DNA from: Macrostomum hystrix
Lineage: Eukaryota; Animalia; Platyhelminthes
Assembly: GCA_950097015.1 (NCBI GenBank)
Contig: CATNEN010000024.1
Span: forward strand, 1,550,001-1,614,000
Length of the DNA stretch: 64,000 nt
Direction of reading: 5' to 3'
The notes beneath the pieces are model-generated. The model did not search any database. It had not been told where the DNA came from and was given only the letters and a program-made list of their open reading frames with translations. Of this stretch, positions 25,852-47,932 are shown one piece after another; within the stretch, counting starts at the first letter, position 1, and the number at the start of each line of letters is the position of its first letter. The translations under genes and the position numbers were made by a program.

Positions 25852-27410
25852 ACTGTGAGCTATCCTGTGACCAGTCAACTCTTCCGTGTCCTTCTGTGAG
25901 CTGTCCTGTGACCAGTCAACTCTTCCGTGTCCTTCTGTGAGCTGTCCTGTGACCAGTCAACTCTTCCGTGTCCTTAAGTGAGCTGTCCTGTGACCAGTCA
26001 ACTCTTCCGTGTCCTTCTGTGAGCTGTCCTGTGACCAGTCAACTCTTCCGTGTCCTTAAGTGAGCTGTCCTGTGACCAGTCAACTCTTCCGTGTCCTTCT
26101 GTGAGCTGCCCTGTGACCAGTCAACTCTTCCGTGTCCTTAAGTGAGCTGTCCTGTGACCAGTCAACTGTTCCGTGTCCTTAAGTGAGCTGTCCTGTGACC
26201 AGTCAACTGTTCCGTGTCCTTAAGTGAGCTGTCCTGTGACCAGTCAACTGTTCCGTGTCCTTCTGTGAGCTGCCCTGTGACCAGTCAACTGTTCCGTGTC
26301 CTTAAGTGAGCTGTCCTGTGACCAGTCAACTCTTCCGTGTCCTTCTGTGAGCTGCCCTGTGACCAGTCAACTGTTCCGTGTCCTTAAGTGAGCTGTCCTG
26401 TGACCAGTCAACTCTTCCGTGTCCTTAAGTGAGCTGTCCTGTGACCAGTCAACTCTTCCGTGTCCTTAAGTGAGCTGTCCTGTGACCAGTCAACTCTTCC
26501 GTGTCCTTCTGTGAGCTGTCCTGTGACCAGTCAACTCTTCCGTGTCCTTCTGTGAGCTGTCCTGTGACCAGTCAACTGTTCCGTGTCCTTAAGTGAGCTG
26601 TCCTGTGACCAGTCAACTGTTCCGTGTCCTTAAGTGAGCTGTCCTGTGACCAGTCAACTGTTCCGTGTCCTTAAGTGAGCTGTCCTGTGACCAGTCAACT
26701 CTTCCGTGTCCTTCTGTGAGCTGTCCTGTGACCAGTCAACTCTTCCGTGTCCTTAAGTGAGCTGTCCTGTGACCAGTCAACTCTTCCGTGTCCTTCTGTG
26801 AGCTGCCCTGTGACCAGTCAACTCTTCCGTGTCCTTAAGTGAGCTGTCCTGTGACCAGTCAACTGTTCCGTGTCCTTAAGTGAGCTGTCCTGTGACCAGT
26901 CAACTGTTCCGTGTCCTTAAGTGAGCTGTCCTGTGACCAGTCAACTGTTCCGTGTCCTTCTGTGAGCTGCCCTGTGACCAGTCAACTGTTCCGTGTCCTT
27001 AAGTGAGCTGTCCTGTGACCAGTCAACTCTTCCGTGTCCTTCTGTGAGCTGCCCTGTGACCAGTCAACTGTTCCGTGTCCTTAAGTGAGCTGTCCTGTGA
27101 CCAGTCAACTCTTCCGTGTCCTTAAGTGAGCTGTCCTGTGACCAGTCAACTCTTCCGTGTCCTTAAGTGAGCTGTCCTGTGACCAGTCAACTCTTCCGTG
27201 TCCTTCTGTGAGCTGTCCTGTGACCAGTCAACTCTTCCGTGTCCTTATGTGAGCTGTCCTGTGACCAGTCAACTCTTCCGTGTCCTTCTGTGAGCTGTCC
27301 TGTGACGAGTCAACTCTTCCGTGTCCTTCTGTGAGCTGTCCTGTGACGAGTCAACTCTTCCGTGTCCTTATGTGAGCTGTCCTGTGACTAGGCAACCCCT
27401 TCATGTCCTT
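25852..27410. repeat. 41-bp minisatellite (~38 copies) with a 697-bp (17-mer) duplicated block
   Basis: Unit GTGAGCTGTCCTGTGACCAGTCAACTCTTCCGTGTCCTT(CT/AA); GCCC variants at 26108/26805 and 26272/26969. Confidence 0.97.
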
Positions 27411-28299
27411 CTGTAATCTGCCCTCAGATCTGGCAAGATTGAGCTGAATCAGGGAGACTCACTATCACACACACAGATTGAGCTGAATCAGGGAGACTCA
27501 CTACGGAAGCAACAGCAATGAACTGGAGTCAAATCAATTCACGCACCTGTGCACTCAGGTTGAAAGAAATAGTCAAGAACGAATGAGCTAATTTACACTT
27601 CGCTCTGAGTGGAGTTTGTGAACTCAAGCCTAGCCTGTAATGCCAGGTGCAAGTAATCTCAAGCATTCCACTTAATGAATTGCCGTCTGTACTTTTAGCT
27701 ATGCCTAGCGCGGGCATTGTTCCCACGCCCGTAGTCCAAGCCTGGAGCAGACGCCGATTCCCGTAAAACAGCTGGGATTGGTCCGGCCGGAAGTGGCCAC
27801 CTGATTGGTTGGGAGGGCAGGCATGCAGCCAGGCTAAAACGAGACCTGGTCCAGCACTGGACTGAGCTTCAGATTAGGGCGGCCCCAAAAAATACAAAGC
27901 TGCTCACACGCTGAGCACTCAGTCACTCTTCTGAGTTCTAGCGAGAAATTGGAGCCTTCTTTAATATTAACCGATTGATTAGCGCGCAGGTAAGACTCAA
28001 TACTATCATATTTGTGAGCAATCCATTTCTTGTGCCTTTCTCTAGCTTTCTGCCTAGCCGTGCCATCCCGACCCATATGACTAGTTATCCTGAGTTGCGA
28101 ATATGGCGGACATAATATCGTTGGTCAATCTGAATTGTCACCTCTTACAGGCGACTTTTTAATTTAAGTCAACTCAAATGAGTTGCAACTCATTTAATCT
28201 AATGATTCGATTCAGACTGTTGTGCTACAGCTAAATATCCAACAGCCCAAACTACTCTAATCTACTCCACTTGACTATCCTATATACTCTAGTAGAGAT

Positions 28300-28593
28300 G
28301 GGGCTTGTAGCCTCATGGTTAGAGCGTCGGACTCACGACTTGAAGGTCGGGGGTTCCAGTCACGACTCCACTGAAACAATTTGAGTCCTTTAGCAAGACG
28401 CTTAACTCTGCATTGCTTGAGTTTAGCCAGCTAGCTCGTACTAGATGGCTACCAGCATTAGCTGGGGTAATTGAGGGTGGGTGTGGCGTCCCCCCAGTCC
28501 ATGGACTGAACAGCCGTACGCAGCCTTCAGATGCGCCGCGCAATAGCTGCGGCTGTGCTGTCGGCTGCACATCTGGCCTAATCGGTTCAATTA
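28300..28593 (+). mobile_element. tRNA-derived SINE, best-preserved copy (tRNA head, CORE-like body, hairpin tail)
   Basis: Head GGGGCTTGTAGCCTCATGGTTAGAGCGTCGGACTCACGACTTGAAGGTCGGGGGTTC (A/B boxes). Body GAGTCCTTTAGCAAGACGCTTAACTCTGCATTGCT. Homologous copies at 22720, 39720, 41375, 44770, 47005 and 49080. Confidence 0.85.
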
Positions 28594-28743
28594 GGTAAAG
28601 AATCAATATTCAGAAAAACGTTACATTTACTTTTAATACAGTATACTCGAATTGCTCTACTCTCATCAACAGTACTCTTGATCGACTCCCAAATTTTGGA
28701 ACTAAAGCCATTGTGAAATTTTCTTGTCTTAAAGACACGTTTT

Positions 28744-28810
28744 CCCTTCGGCAGAGATTCGAACTGCCGACCTCTCAGTTAAGAAGTCCGAAGCTGTAAC
28801 CATGGGCTAA
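28744..28810 (-). mobile_element. tRNA-like head (second SINE family or tRNA pseudogene)
   Basis: The minus strand reads TAGCCCATGGTTACAGCTTCGGACTTCTTAACTGAGAGGTCGGCAGTTCGAATCTCTGCCGAAGG, with A and B boxes and a T-arm; the acceptor stem is not intact. Confidence 0.55.
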
Positions 28811-30305
28811 ACGGTACTTATTCAACTCAATGCCAATCTAAAGATAAAATGGAGTGAGCATAGCAACCAAGTTATTGCTGAACACGATGCATATTTTACC
28901 TTGAGAAGCCTTATTAACGAAGCGTGACATGGTGCGTTCACAATCCCCTGCTCTAAACGATATTAGAATATAGCAGCAACCCCCGAGCTTAAATCTTCCG
29001 TCTGCTCTAAATCGTCCCAGACCCGACCCGACCCCACCCAAGCAGTGAGCTCTGAGCACACCCATGGGGTGGAGCTGCCGCGCTACAGTCAATAAGCATT
29101 AGCGGCGCCCTGTCACGCAACCGCTGACAGGCTTTCTGACGGCAGCAGTGTTCTCGTCTCCGCGGCGAGTGGAATTCAACTGCTCCCGGGAAAAAAGAAC
29201 TGGCAATGCAGCCATCCCAGGGCTGGACAGGGCACCAAATCCCCCCCTAAGCAGCTGTGTTTCGCTGAGACACGGATTTTTGCCGGATTTGCTGTTGGAG
29301 AAAATAATCTATTTCCTTTAGCATTTGGGGCTGCGAAAACGGCCCAGAAACTGGAGCCGTGAGAGAGTGCCAGTTTCTTAGAAACTTGTACAGGCGCCAA
29401 CTACTGCTGCAGCGGCCGCACTTTGCCCTAGAATCAATGCCTGACGACTGCTCCTATTTCACTTAGCTGACAAGGCTGCCACTCAAGGCTGCCTTTAGCC
29501 TTACTACTGGGCTGCAGATGTACTTAGCACTTTTGCCCATCAAAATTGTAGAATTGTCGAAATCGTTGATTTTTCGAAATTTTAGACAGAATTTTTTGGC
29601 GCATTTAAAAGGTCCACCTGAGTGCCCAGTAACAATTTATTCGACTTGAAAGCCGGATGAAATACTCGCAACTGTATCGATCTGAAGGAAGGGAAAAGAA
29701 TGCTTGGAAATTGTGGGCAGTAAGAGGTGTCCAACTCAAGATGAAGATCGCGGTGGATGGCCACTCCCATCCAGCCAGGTGTACACGCCACACCTGCTGC
29801 TCCATAGGCTCAGGGGCCGGATCGCCGTTCCGCTATCAAGCTATTTTCATCTGCGGAATATTAGGCATCAACCCGTTGTGTTCTTTTTTCTCCCGATCTA
29901 TTTATCCTCGTCCCATGTCCGATGTCTCCAGCTGGCTCCTGCAGATCTCGCACTAGGCTGTGGGCTAAAGTGCACTCCAGAGACCCTCACCAAAACTCAA
30001 ATTCAAAACATGTTTGCTCTGCCACACTGTCACTCTCGTCTCAAAATTTTGCATCTCAAACTGTTCAGCTACAATAGCCTGCCACGTCTGCCTGCAGCGT
30101 TTGACACGCGAGCTACCTGCGGCTACCCGAGTAAGGCACCCAGTTTCCGCCAGTTCTTTCTAGTTGAAGCTCAGCTTCTTGCTGGCCTCTCTATCTGTAA
30201 TGTATTGTTTGAGCAGAGGAACTCTCAAAATAAGCTGTGAGACACGTGCCAGTCTTGTGTAAGACCCGTTTCAGTGTTTTGTGAGGCGCATACCTTTGTA
30301 TTGAA

Positions 30306-31465
30306 CTACAAGATTCGTGAAACACAAGATTCGTGAAACACAGAGATTCGTGAGCCACAAGCCAGTCTTTCGTGAACCACAAGATTCGTGAACCACAAGA
30401 TTCGTGAGCCACAAGCCAGTCTTTCGTGAACCACAAGATTCGTGAACCACAAGATTCGTGAAACGCAAGATTCGTGAAACGCAAGATTCGTGAAACACAA
30501 GATTCGTGAAACACAGAGATTCGTGAGCCACAAGCCAGTCTTTCGTGAACCACAAGATTCGTGAACCACAAGATTCGTGAGCCACAAGCCAGTCTTTCGT
30601 GAACCACAAGATTCGTGAACCACAAGATTCGTGAAACGCAAGATTCGTGAAACGCAAGATTCGTGAAACACAAGATTCGTGAAACACAGAGATTCGTGAG
30701 CCACAAGCCAGTCTTTCGTGAACCACAAGATTCGTGAACCACAAGATTCGTGAGCCACAAGCCAGTCTTTCGTGAACCACAAGATTCGTGAACCACAAGA
30801 TTCGTGAAACGCAAGATTCGTGAAACGCAAGATTCGTGAAACACAAGATTCGTGAAACACAGAGATTCGTGAGCCACAAGCCAGTCTTTCGTGAACCACA
30901 AGATTCGTGAACCACAAGATTCGTGAGCCACAAGCCAGTCTTTCGTGAACCACAAGATTCGTGAACCACAAGATTCGTGAAACGCAAGATTCGTGAAACG
31001 CAAGATTCGTGAAACACAAGATTCGTGAACCACAAGATTCGTGAGCCACAAGCCAGTCTTTCGTGAACCACAAGATTCGTGAACCACAAGATTCGTGAAA
31101 CGCAAGATTCGTGAAACGCAAGATTCGTGAAACGCAAGATTCGTGAAACACAAGATTCGTGAACCACAAGATTCGTGAGCCACAAGCCAGTCTTTCGTGA
31201 ACCACAAGATTCGTGAACCACAAGCCAGTCTTTCGTGAACCACAAGATTCGTGAAACACAAGATTCGTGAGCCACAAGATTCGTGAACCACAAGATTCGT
31301 GAAACACAAGATTCGTGAGCCACAAGCCAGTCTTTCGTGAACCACAAGATTCGTGAAACACAAGATTCGTGAGCCACAAGATTCGTGAACCACAAGATTC
31401 GTGAAACACAAGATTCGTGAGCCACAAGCCAGTCTTTCGTGAACCACAAGCCAGTCTTTCGTGAA
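30306..31465. repeat. 16/22-bp composite satellite with a 173-bp higher-order repeat
   Basis: Units ATTCGTGAACCACAAG and CCAGTCTTTCGTGAACCACAAG; the marker CAGAG occurs at 30341, 30514, 30687 and 30860. Confidence 0.96.
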
Positions 31466-32067
31466 CGCTTCATCAATATCTTTTGAAAACTATCTATTTA
31501 TTGTCAATAACTATTGACAATAAACAGGCACATTGCGGTGCATTTCAAGATGTCGTGACTAATTGATATTTTATTAGAATAGTCATCTTCCTTAAATGTC
31601 CCTGTTTCTCCCTGACCTCATCATGCACAATGTACAGGGCTGAATAGTGCAAACTCTCATCTCAAAGAGCTCCATCAACTATCCAGCCTCCCCTCCTTCA
31701 TCCAATGCAACCTGTACGGCTCATCTCAGCTTTCACACCTATTGCGGCACGCTTCATCAGTTGCTGATGAGCAACTCCGCATGGCCAGCCTCCGATGCGA
31801 GAATGACCGATGGATGTGGAGATGTGCTCAAAGAAGTTCGGAGCACAGCTCCGGGCTTGACTAAATACACCAGTTCTTGTTGGCAAGCATAATGCTCAAC
31901 AACTTCTATATAGGTTCTATCTTTAGATGTCCTTGTACTAGGATTACCGGTGCTATCAATACAATTTAGTATGCTAAAGTGCCTCAATTAGATGTCTCTA
32001 GTCAAGCCTCGCAAGCTCAAAACCTGCTGTTAACTTTTCGTTACCATTTTATTATTCTATCGAACTT

Positions 32068-32500
32068 AGGCATGCACTGAAGGCCTGAGGGTAGATTGGG
32101 ATGCACTGAAGGCCTGAGGGTAGATTGGGATGCACTGAAGGCCTGAGGGTAGATTGGGATGCACTGAAGGCCTGAGGGTAGATTGGGATGCACTGAAGGC
32201 CTGAGGGTAGATTGGGATGCACTGAAGGCCTGAGAGTAGATTGGGATGCACTGAAGGCCTGAGGGTAGATTGGGATGCACTGAAGGCCTGAGGGTAGATT
32301 GGGATGCACTGAAGGCCTGAGGGTAGATTGGGATGCACTGAAGGCCTGAGGGTAGATTGGGATGCACTGAAGGCCTGAGGGTAGATTGGGATGCACTGAA
32401 GGCCTGAGGGTAGATTGGGATGCACTGAAGGCCTGAGGGTAGATTGGGATGCACTGAAGGCCTGAGGGTAGATTGGGATGCACTGAAGGCCTGAGGGTAA
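32068..32500. repeat. 29-bp minisatellite (~15 near-identical copies)
   Basis: Unit GGGATGCACTGAAGGCCTGAGGGTAGATT. Confidence 0.97.
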
Positions 32501-33239
32501 TGGGGATGTTGGAGTCCTGAACAATCGGGACAAGAGCTCTTGGCCAAAATGCCCACATGGAACAGCTCGCATGAGCACGGGAGCAGCTCCAGAATAGCCT
32601 GGGGCTTGTTCGGTGCCTGCTAAATGCAGCAGCAGCCTGGTCTCCAGATGGGGTGGGGCAGAATTCAGGAAGCAGCTCTGAATGGCCGCAGCAACCCATT
32701 GTGCCCCACCATGCAAGAAGTGAAAGGCAGATTGAGCAAGCTGATTGTTACCCAGCGGATTAAGCGGTCACCCCCCCCTGCTCGGATGGAACGGAAAAGA
32801 TTAGCCCCGCTCCTCCTCCCGCCAGTCTCCCATTCAATCATTTTTTCAAATCGCGGCTCATTTTCGTTGTTGAAAATTTTCTAGCACGATTTTGAACCAG
32901 CGTTCCCGTCTGGCCATCATCATCGATCAGGCCCTGGGATGCACATCCATCGATCACGTGCGATAACAATGTTTTCTCCGCACTGCCTGTTTAAAAATAA
33001 CACTCCGAGTCTGAACTCGCATCTCTACTTAGAGTAGCGCTGTAAGGAGGCTAAACTTGTTTTTAAGCATTAATTATTATTATGAAACTCAAAACATCGA
33101 ACTGATTATCATAAACTGTTTACGAATACTTTTCAGAGTAGAGTACATTTACATTCTCCGATTTAGCAGGTGCAACAGGTGCTTGACTTTCTGAATTTAC
33201 CAGCTCATTGCTTTTATTTCTAAGAATCATTGCTTTCTT

Positions 33240-33757
33240 TGTCTCATCTCTCCCCTGTCTCATCTCTCCCCTGTCTCATCTCTCCCCTGTCTCATCTCCC
33301 CTGTCTCATCTCTCCAGACCCATCTCTACACAGTCTTATCTCCCCTGTCTCATCTCTTCTGTCTCATCTCTCCAGACCCATCTCTACAGTCTTATCTCCC
33401 CTGTCTCATCTCCCCTGTCTCATCTCTCCAGACCCATCTCTACACAGTCTTATCTCCCCTGTCTCATCTCCCCTGTCTCATCTCTCCAGACCCATCTCTA
33501 CACAGTCTTATCTCCCCTGTCTCATCTCCCCTGTCTCATCTCTCCAGACCCATCTCTACACAGTCTCATCTCCCCTGTCTCATCTCCCCTGTCTCATCTC
33601 CCCTGTCTCATCTCCCCTGTCTCATCTCCCCTGTCTCATCTCCCCTGTCTCATCCCCTGTCTAATCTCTCCAGACCCATCTCTACACAGTCTCATCTCCC
33701 CTGTCTCATCTCTTCTGTCTTACCTCCCCTGTCTTATCTCCCGTGTCTCATCTCTCC
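33240..33757. repeat. 14-16-bp composite satellite related to the 17946-19066 array
   Basis: Unit CTGTCTCATCT(CT)CCC interspersed with CCAGACCCATCTCTACACAGT. Confidence 0.92.
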
Positions 33758-34208
33758 AATATCAACCCAGCCCAATGTCGCCTATTGGATTTTCTCTCTA
33801 TTCTCTTGACGAGGTAAACAAAGGTTTCGTCGATCACTGATCGTAAAAAAATTTTTTTTAAATAATCTGACAATAAATTTCACAGCCACAAAAATATGCA
33901 TGCCATTGGCTGCCAAAGTTAACACCCAACTGCAAGGCAAGCTCTCTTAGATACCAGGGGGTGGTAAGATAAACCCGTCGCTATTAGAGAGGCCTCTTCT
34001 CCAGGGGAAGCAAAACCCCAACAGATTCGTGCTCCCCGCTGGCGGCCCAACTAGAATCACAAACACTCACGCCTACCGCTCGCGCATGAAGCGCCTACTC
34101 CGTCCCGACTATTGCTCACCGAGCTTAAGCCGCCTGGACAACTGCTGGCCCACCGCTTCAGCTGGCACTCGCTCCGGTTTTGCTTGCAGACGATCGGCCG
34201 GAAACCGG

Positions 34209-43749
<9,541 letters not shown>

Positions 43750-44769
43750 GGGTGGATAATACAGTTTTTTGCATTCTACTTAAAAAAGCTGCGTTCATCA
43801 CCCCCTGACCTCGTTATTGTCTATGGCATTTTCGACTGGAGCTGCGTTCATCAAATTAGCCGAAAATCCATGTCATTCTTTCGGACGTCGTTCATTGTCT
43901 ATGGCACATTCTAAATGAAGGGACCCTCGTCTGCATGACACCTCGAATGTCTCCCGTGGGGTATAAACAGTTTTTGCATTCGCTTCAAGCATTTCATCTC
44001 TACAGTGGCATTGTCTAGCTATGGCTGTATCGATACTTCTATACTTATAACGATTAAATTGAATTGAACGCAGCTTTTTAACTATACAATGCAAAGCTGT
44101 ATTGCGGGAAACTGTATACTATTTTTCTGTTAATAATACAGTTACTTACCGAAGACACCCAACTATACAGTTGATCCTTAGGCTGCATCGTTAGGCGACA
44201 GCTTGTCATGTCTGCCATGTCAGTAAATATCGTTATTAACGTTATTTATTAAACAATTACTCTGTGAATTGTCACTGTATCAGACAAAATGCTTCTACTG
44301 ACACTATGCTCTTTTCTGTGAATTTATTAATTGCGTAGTTACAATAGCTTTGGCTTATTAACTATCTGAAAGCTGTTGTGATTGTAAAACTAATAAATGG
44401 ATACTGTGGTATTCCATAAACTCCTGAATATCCTAATTGAATGACCCTTGTCCTTTGGTTCGCAAAGTCGAAATAAATAAATAAATATTATATATATATA
44501 TATACGCGTATAAAGTAATACCTTATTTTACTCTTAGTCTTGTTTTCTGCTGCAACGAGATTTCAGGGCGATGCGAGCACTTAATAGTACATATCATACA
44601 ATAGAGCTAAGCTAAACAAGTTGCTATTAGCTGCAATGTTAAGCCACATCTGTGAAGTAGTTGAATAGTCCCTAAAAGTCAAGAGCTTCACTTTGTGTCA
44701 CATAATACAACTGATTCTCATATTTCTAGATAGAAGACAAAAGATAGAAATGACACCTAATCGGATATA

Positions 44770-44930
44770 CTGACAAGCCGCCGCGATTGCACGCGGTGCT
44801 TAAAAAGGCTGCATACAGAGGGAGACACACAGTCCATGGACTGGGCTGCCACCTGGATACTGGTACCTACCTACAGCTGGGTAAATTAAAGCAACGGGGA
44901 ATTAAGGGGTCTTGCTCCATGACTCTAATA
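44770..44930 (-). mobile_element. Degenerate SINE body/tail fragment
   Basis: AAGGCTGCATAC...CAGTCCATGGACTGGG...CAGCTGGGTAAATTAAAGCAA matches the reverse complement of the SINE body. Confidence 0.6.
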
Positions 44931-45109
44931 GCTTTCTTTTGGCTGAAATCCACCTGAACATAAACACATTATTTTACATATTTTTACTTTTTAAACATGG
45001 CAAGTTTGCAAAGGTACACACGTATTTTCGTTAAAAAAGTAAACATTTAGACACTAAACACCGCATACAGTTGTCATGGTAACTACTCGCTTCTAGGGGA
45101 CTCAGCGCC

Positions 45110-46049
45110 TCAGCTCCAGTCGCCGTGCCTCACAGCCCAGGCGAACTCATCGAAGCTGAGCAATCCGTCCCTGTCTGCGTCGGCCATGTGCACCATCTGC
45201 ACCGCCTCATCCACGGTGAGCCGCACCCCCAGACGGCCCATGACCTGGCAGAGGTCTCCGGGCGTCAGGAAGCCGTCAACATCGGCGTCGAACAGTTCAA
45301 AAGTGGCCAATAGATCTTTATCCTCATCAGAAGTGCGCCAGAGCTGCGTCAGCAGGTCCAGGAAGTCGGCTCTGCCAATGTTCTCCCTTGGCGCGGAAAA
45401 AATTCCTGAGAGTAGATCCTGCAGGTGATGACGAATCGGTTGTCTCGATGGTCTGCATGGTCTCCATGGCAATGGAACCTACCTATACCTATAACCTAGC
45501 AGATTAACTGACTGGTTCAAGGATAGCTTTACAGCCTGTGTTGATCGATAGTAATAATATTTGGTGGATGGCTGTGGTGACTAGTGATTGTCGTTTGAAA
45601 AATTCTCAAGGAAGTAAAGTTCACGTCAAGCACCCAAGCCTTCTGTCAACGGCTTCGCCCCCAATAAATGTGGCCTCGCCGCGGAATCGAGCTCTGGGAC
45701 CTTAGTGCGAGAGGTGCCTTTTCAGGTGCCTTGCCTGTAGTGCCATAATCGTATATGAGAATGGTAAAAACACTATCTGCGGCACCTGTAAGTACAATGT
45801 AATTACCTGCAGCTGAGCCTCAGACACGATAAAGCCCATCATCTGCAGAACGCTGGGCAGCTCCTTGACCGGGATGCGGCCGCGCGCCTCCTTGTCAAAG
45901 ACGGCGAACGCTTCGAAAAGTTCGTCCTGCTGATCTATGCTGAGCGTGCGCAGCTGATTCTGGACGGTCTCGACGGGCTCGGCAAAGAGCTCTGCCTGCT
46001 CCGGCTGCTGCAGCTTTGATTTTGCACCGGGCTCGTCAAATGAAGACAT
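45110..46049 (-). CDS. Calmodulin-like EF-hand protein, 2 exons, 183 aa
   Basis: Exons 46049-45807 and 45418-45110 (CAG|GTAATT ... CTGCAG|GAT, phase 0). EF loops: DKEARGRIPVKE (non-canonical), a degenerate EF2, DADVDGFLTPGD and DADRDGLLSFDE. About 35-aa N-terminal extension. Confidence 0.9.
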
Positions 46050-47004
46050 CACAGTGCAAGCACAATCTTGGGCCTGTTAAACCTCAGATACGAGAGACTG
46101 CGGAGTAGCTGAAGTAGGCTCTTTCGAGTTTACCTGTGTAGTCGTCTTGTCCTCATGCTGATATGCATTTAAGCGTCTATATGTGCACTCAGTTTGCAGA
46201 CGGAAGGCCGGCCGGTAGCGACCTCATTACAGCGGCAAGTCCTCCACCTTCTCGCTTGGTGGTGGCGGCCGCCTGTGGTGGTGCATGGCATGTCTCTCTC
46301 TCTCATTATGTGCTCGCGGCTTGTTTGCGTCAGTCAAACTTTCGCTTTCATTTCTCATTTCTCTTTCTCTCCTTGTCAGTAATTTCTCTATTAACCTGGG
46401 GGCGCGCAATTCGGAGCTAACATTGGTCTTCAATGTTCTTAAAAAGCAGAGAAAGTGCAGGAAGAAACTGCAGCAAATGAAGAAAAACTCCTGTTCTGCA
46501 ATCTACCGAACTTATCAAAACGTTGTTATGCCAATTTTAGATTTGTAAATGACTCCTGTGTTAGGCATAAAATTATGCAAGCTAATATGCGCTTAATGTA
46601 TTCAGAGGCCAAGGCTAGAACTCACGATTTGTGCATTCTATTTTGAACACCAACTTTATTCTGGTAAATAAGAAAATGGTAAATGAGAAAAATATAATCA
46701 CTTTTAGTTCTTCGACGGGCTCAATTAGCTACGACTTTTGCTACTTTAAGATATAGAAAATAGAAATTGAGAAATAATCATTTTTAGTGCAAAAACGGGT
46801 GTATATTCGGCTGTCCGGCTGCTGTGTGTCTCCCTGCTGGATGCTTTGTCGGTGCACTTTTGCACGCTGCTCGGCAAGGTTTGCACCATCGTGGCAGCAA
46901 GTGCTCGGCACAATGGCAGGGTTTTACTGTTTTGAACTTGACAATGTTTTTATCCAAGACACAATAAGTATGATAATAATTTTAAGCATTTTTTGCCCCA
47001 ACTG

Positions 47005-47260
47005 GGCCAAATGTGCAGCCGCCAGTGCAAAAGCAGCTATTGCGCGGCGCATCTAAAGGCTGCGTACATCTGTTCAGTCCAAGGACTGGGGGATGCCATT
47101 GCCAAACCCACCCTCTATTACCCCCAGCTAGCACACATTTAACAGCTGGGTGATCTGAAGCAATGCAGAGTTAATTAAAGTGTCCTGCTAAAGGACGGAA
47201 ATCGAACTCCCGACCTTTAAGTCGTGAGTCCAATACTCTAACCACATGGCAACAAACCCC
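47005..47260 (-). mobile_element. tRNA-derived SINE
   Basis: The reverse complement has the head, body (CTTTAGCAGGACACT...CTCTGCATTGCTTCAG) and tail of the 28300 element. Confidence 0.85.
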
Positions 47261-47932
47261 AGATCATAAAAAGTAGAATCCGTGAAATGTTATGCATTAG
47301 TTGTGAGATACAAGTTACACTTTTGGTCTGGTTTGGTAAAGATGAAACTAAAAAGCCAAATATTTTCTATTTCTCGCATGCCAGAGTAAAAAATTCTAGG
47401 AAATTTTGAGATTTTAGCAAGTACAATCTCTCAAGGCTTGCTTTGTGAATTCTCTGACTTCTCTTTCAATGCGTGACCATGTACGCAAATATCATCACCC
47501 CACAAAGTGTACATTGCCTTTTCTCTCCGCTTCTCTCGGCAAGGGTGGGACGGGTTAGAGAATGTACCCTGGTTCTATCGATCCGTTGAAAGTTCCACTC
47601 ATGCCCCCTCTATTACACCCCGCCCATTTCTCAAGGCCGTGGATTTTTTAACTGTGCCAGTCTGGACCCTGCTAGCTGTACTTGCTCTTGGTCTGACTAC
47701 AACAATAAGACAGCGGCAGAAAAAGCTGGTCCCATCGTGTAAACGTCGCCTGTGCTCTTAACTGCATCTGCTAATTGTCTTCTAAGCGCACTAATCTCTC
47801 AACACTACAGGTAAATGCTTTCGTTCCTTTGTTTCAAGTAATAATATGGAATTAAAAATTCAAATGAACGAACTAGATCCGAATATTTAGCTTAATTCTA
47901 ATGTTTTTCATGCACACTCTTCAGCATCAGAG

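Noticed and set aside
28300-28375. tRNA-Val(CAC)-like gene (also at 39850-39924, 47190-47260, 49080-49160)
   Set aside because: Stems are imperfect and each head is joined to the same SINE body or tail, so these are SINE heads, not tRNA genes.
29582-29791. Weak Rho-GTPase-like words (LELDTS, LLLGTQVDL) on the minus strand
   Set aside because: No P-loop, wrong spacing between motifs, and no consistent exon chain.
31640-32760. Ankyrin-like fragments (VILASEAGHAELL) and other short open frames
   Set aside because: Single short matches with stops nearby and no supporting splice structure.
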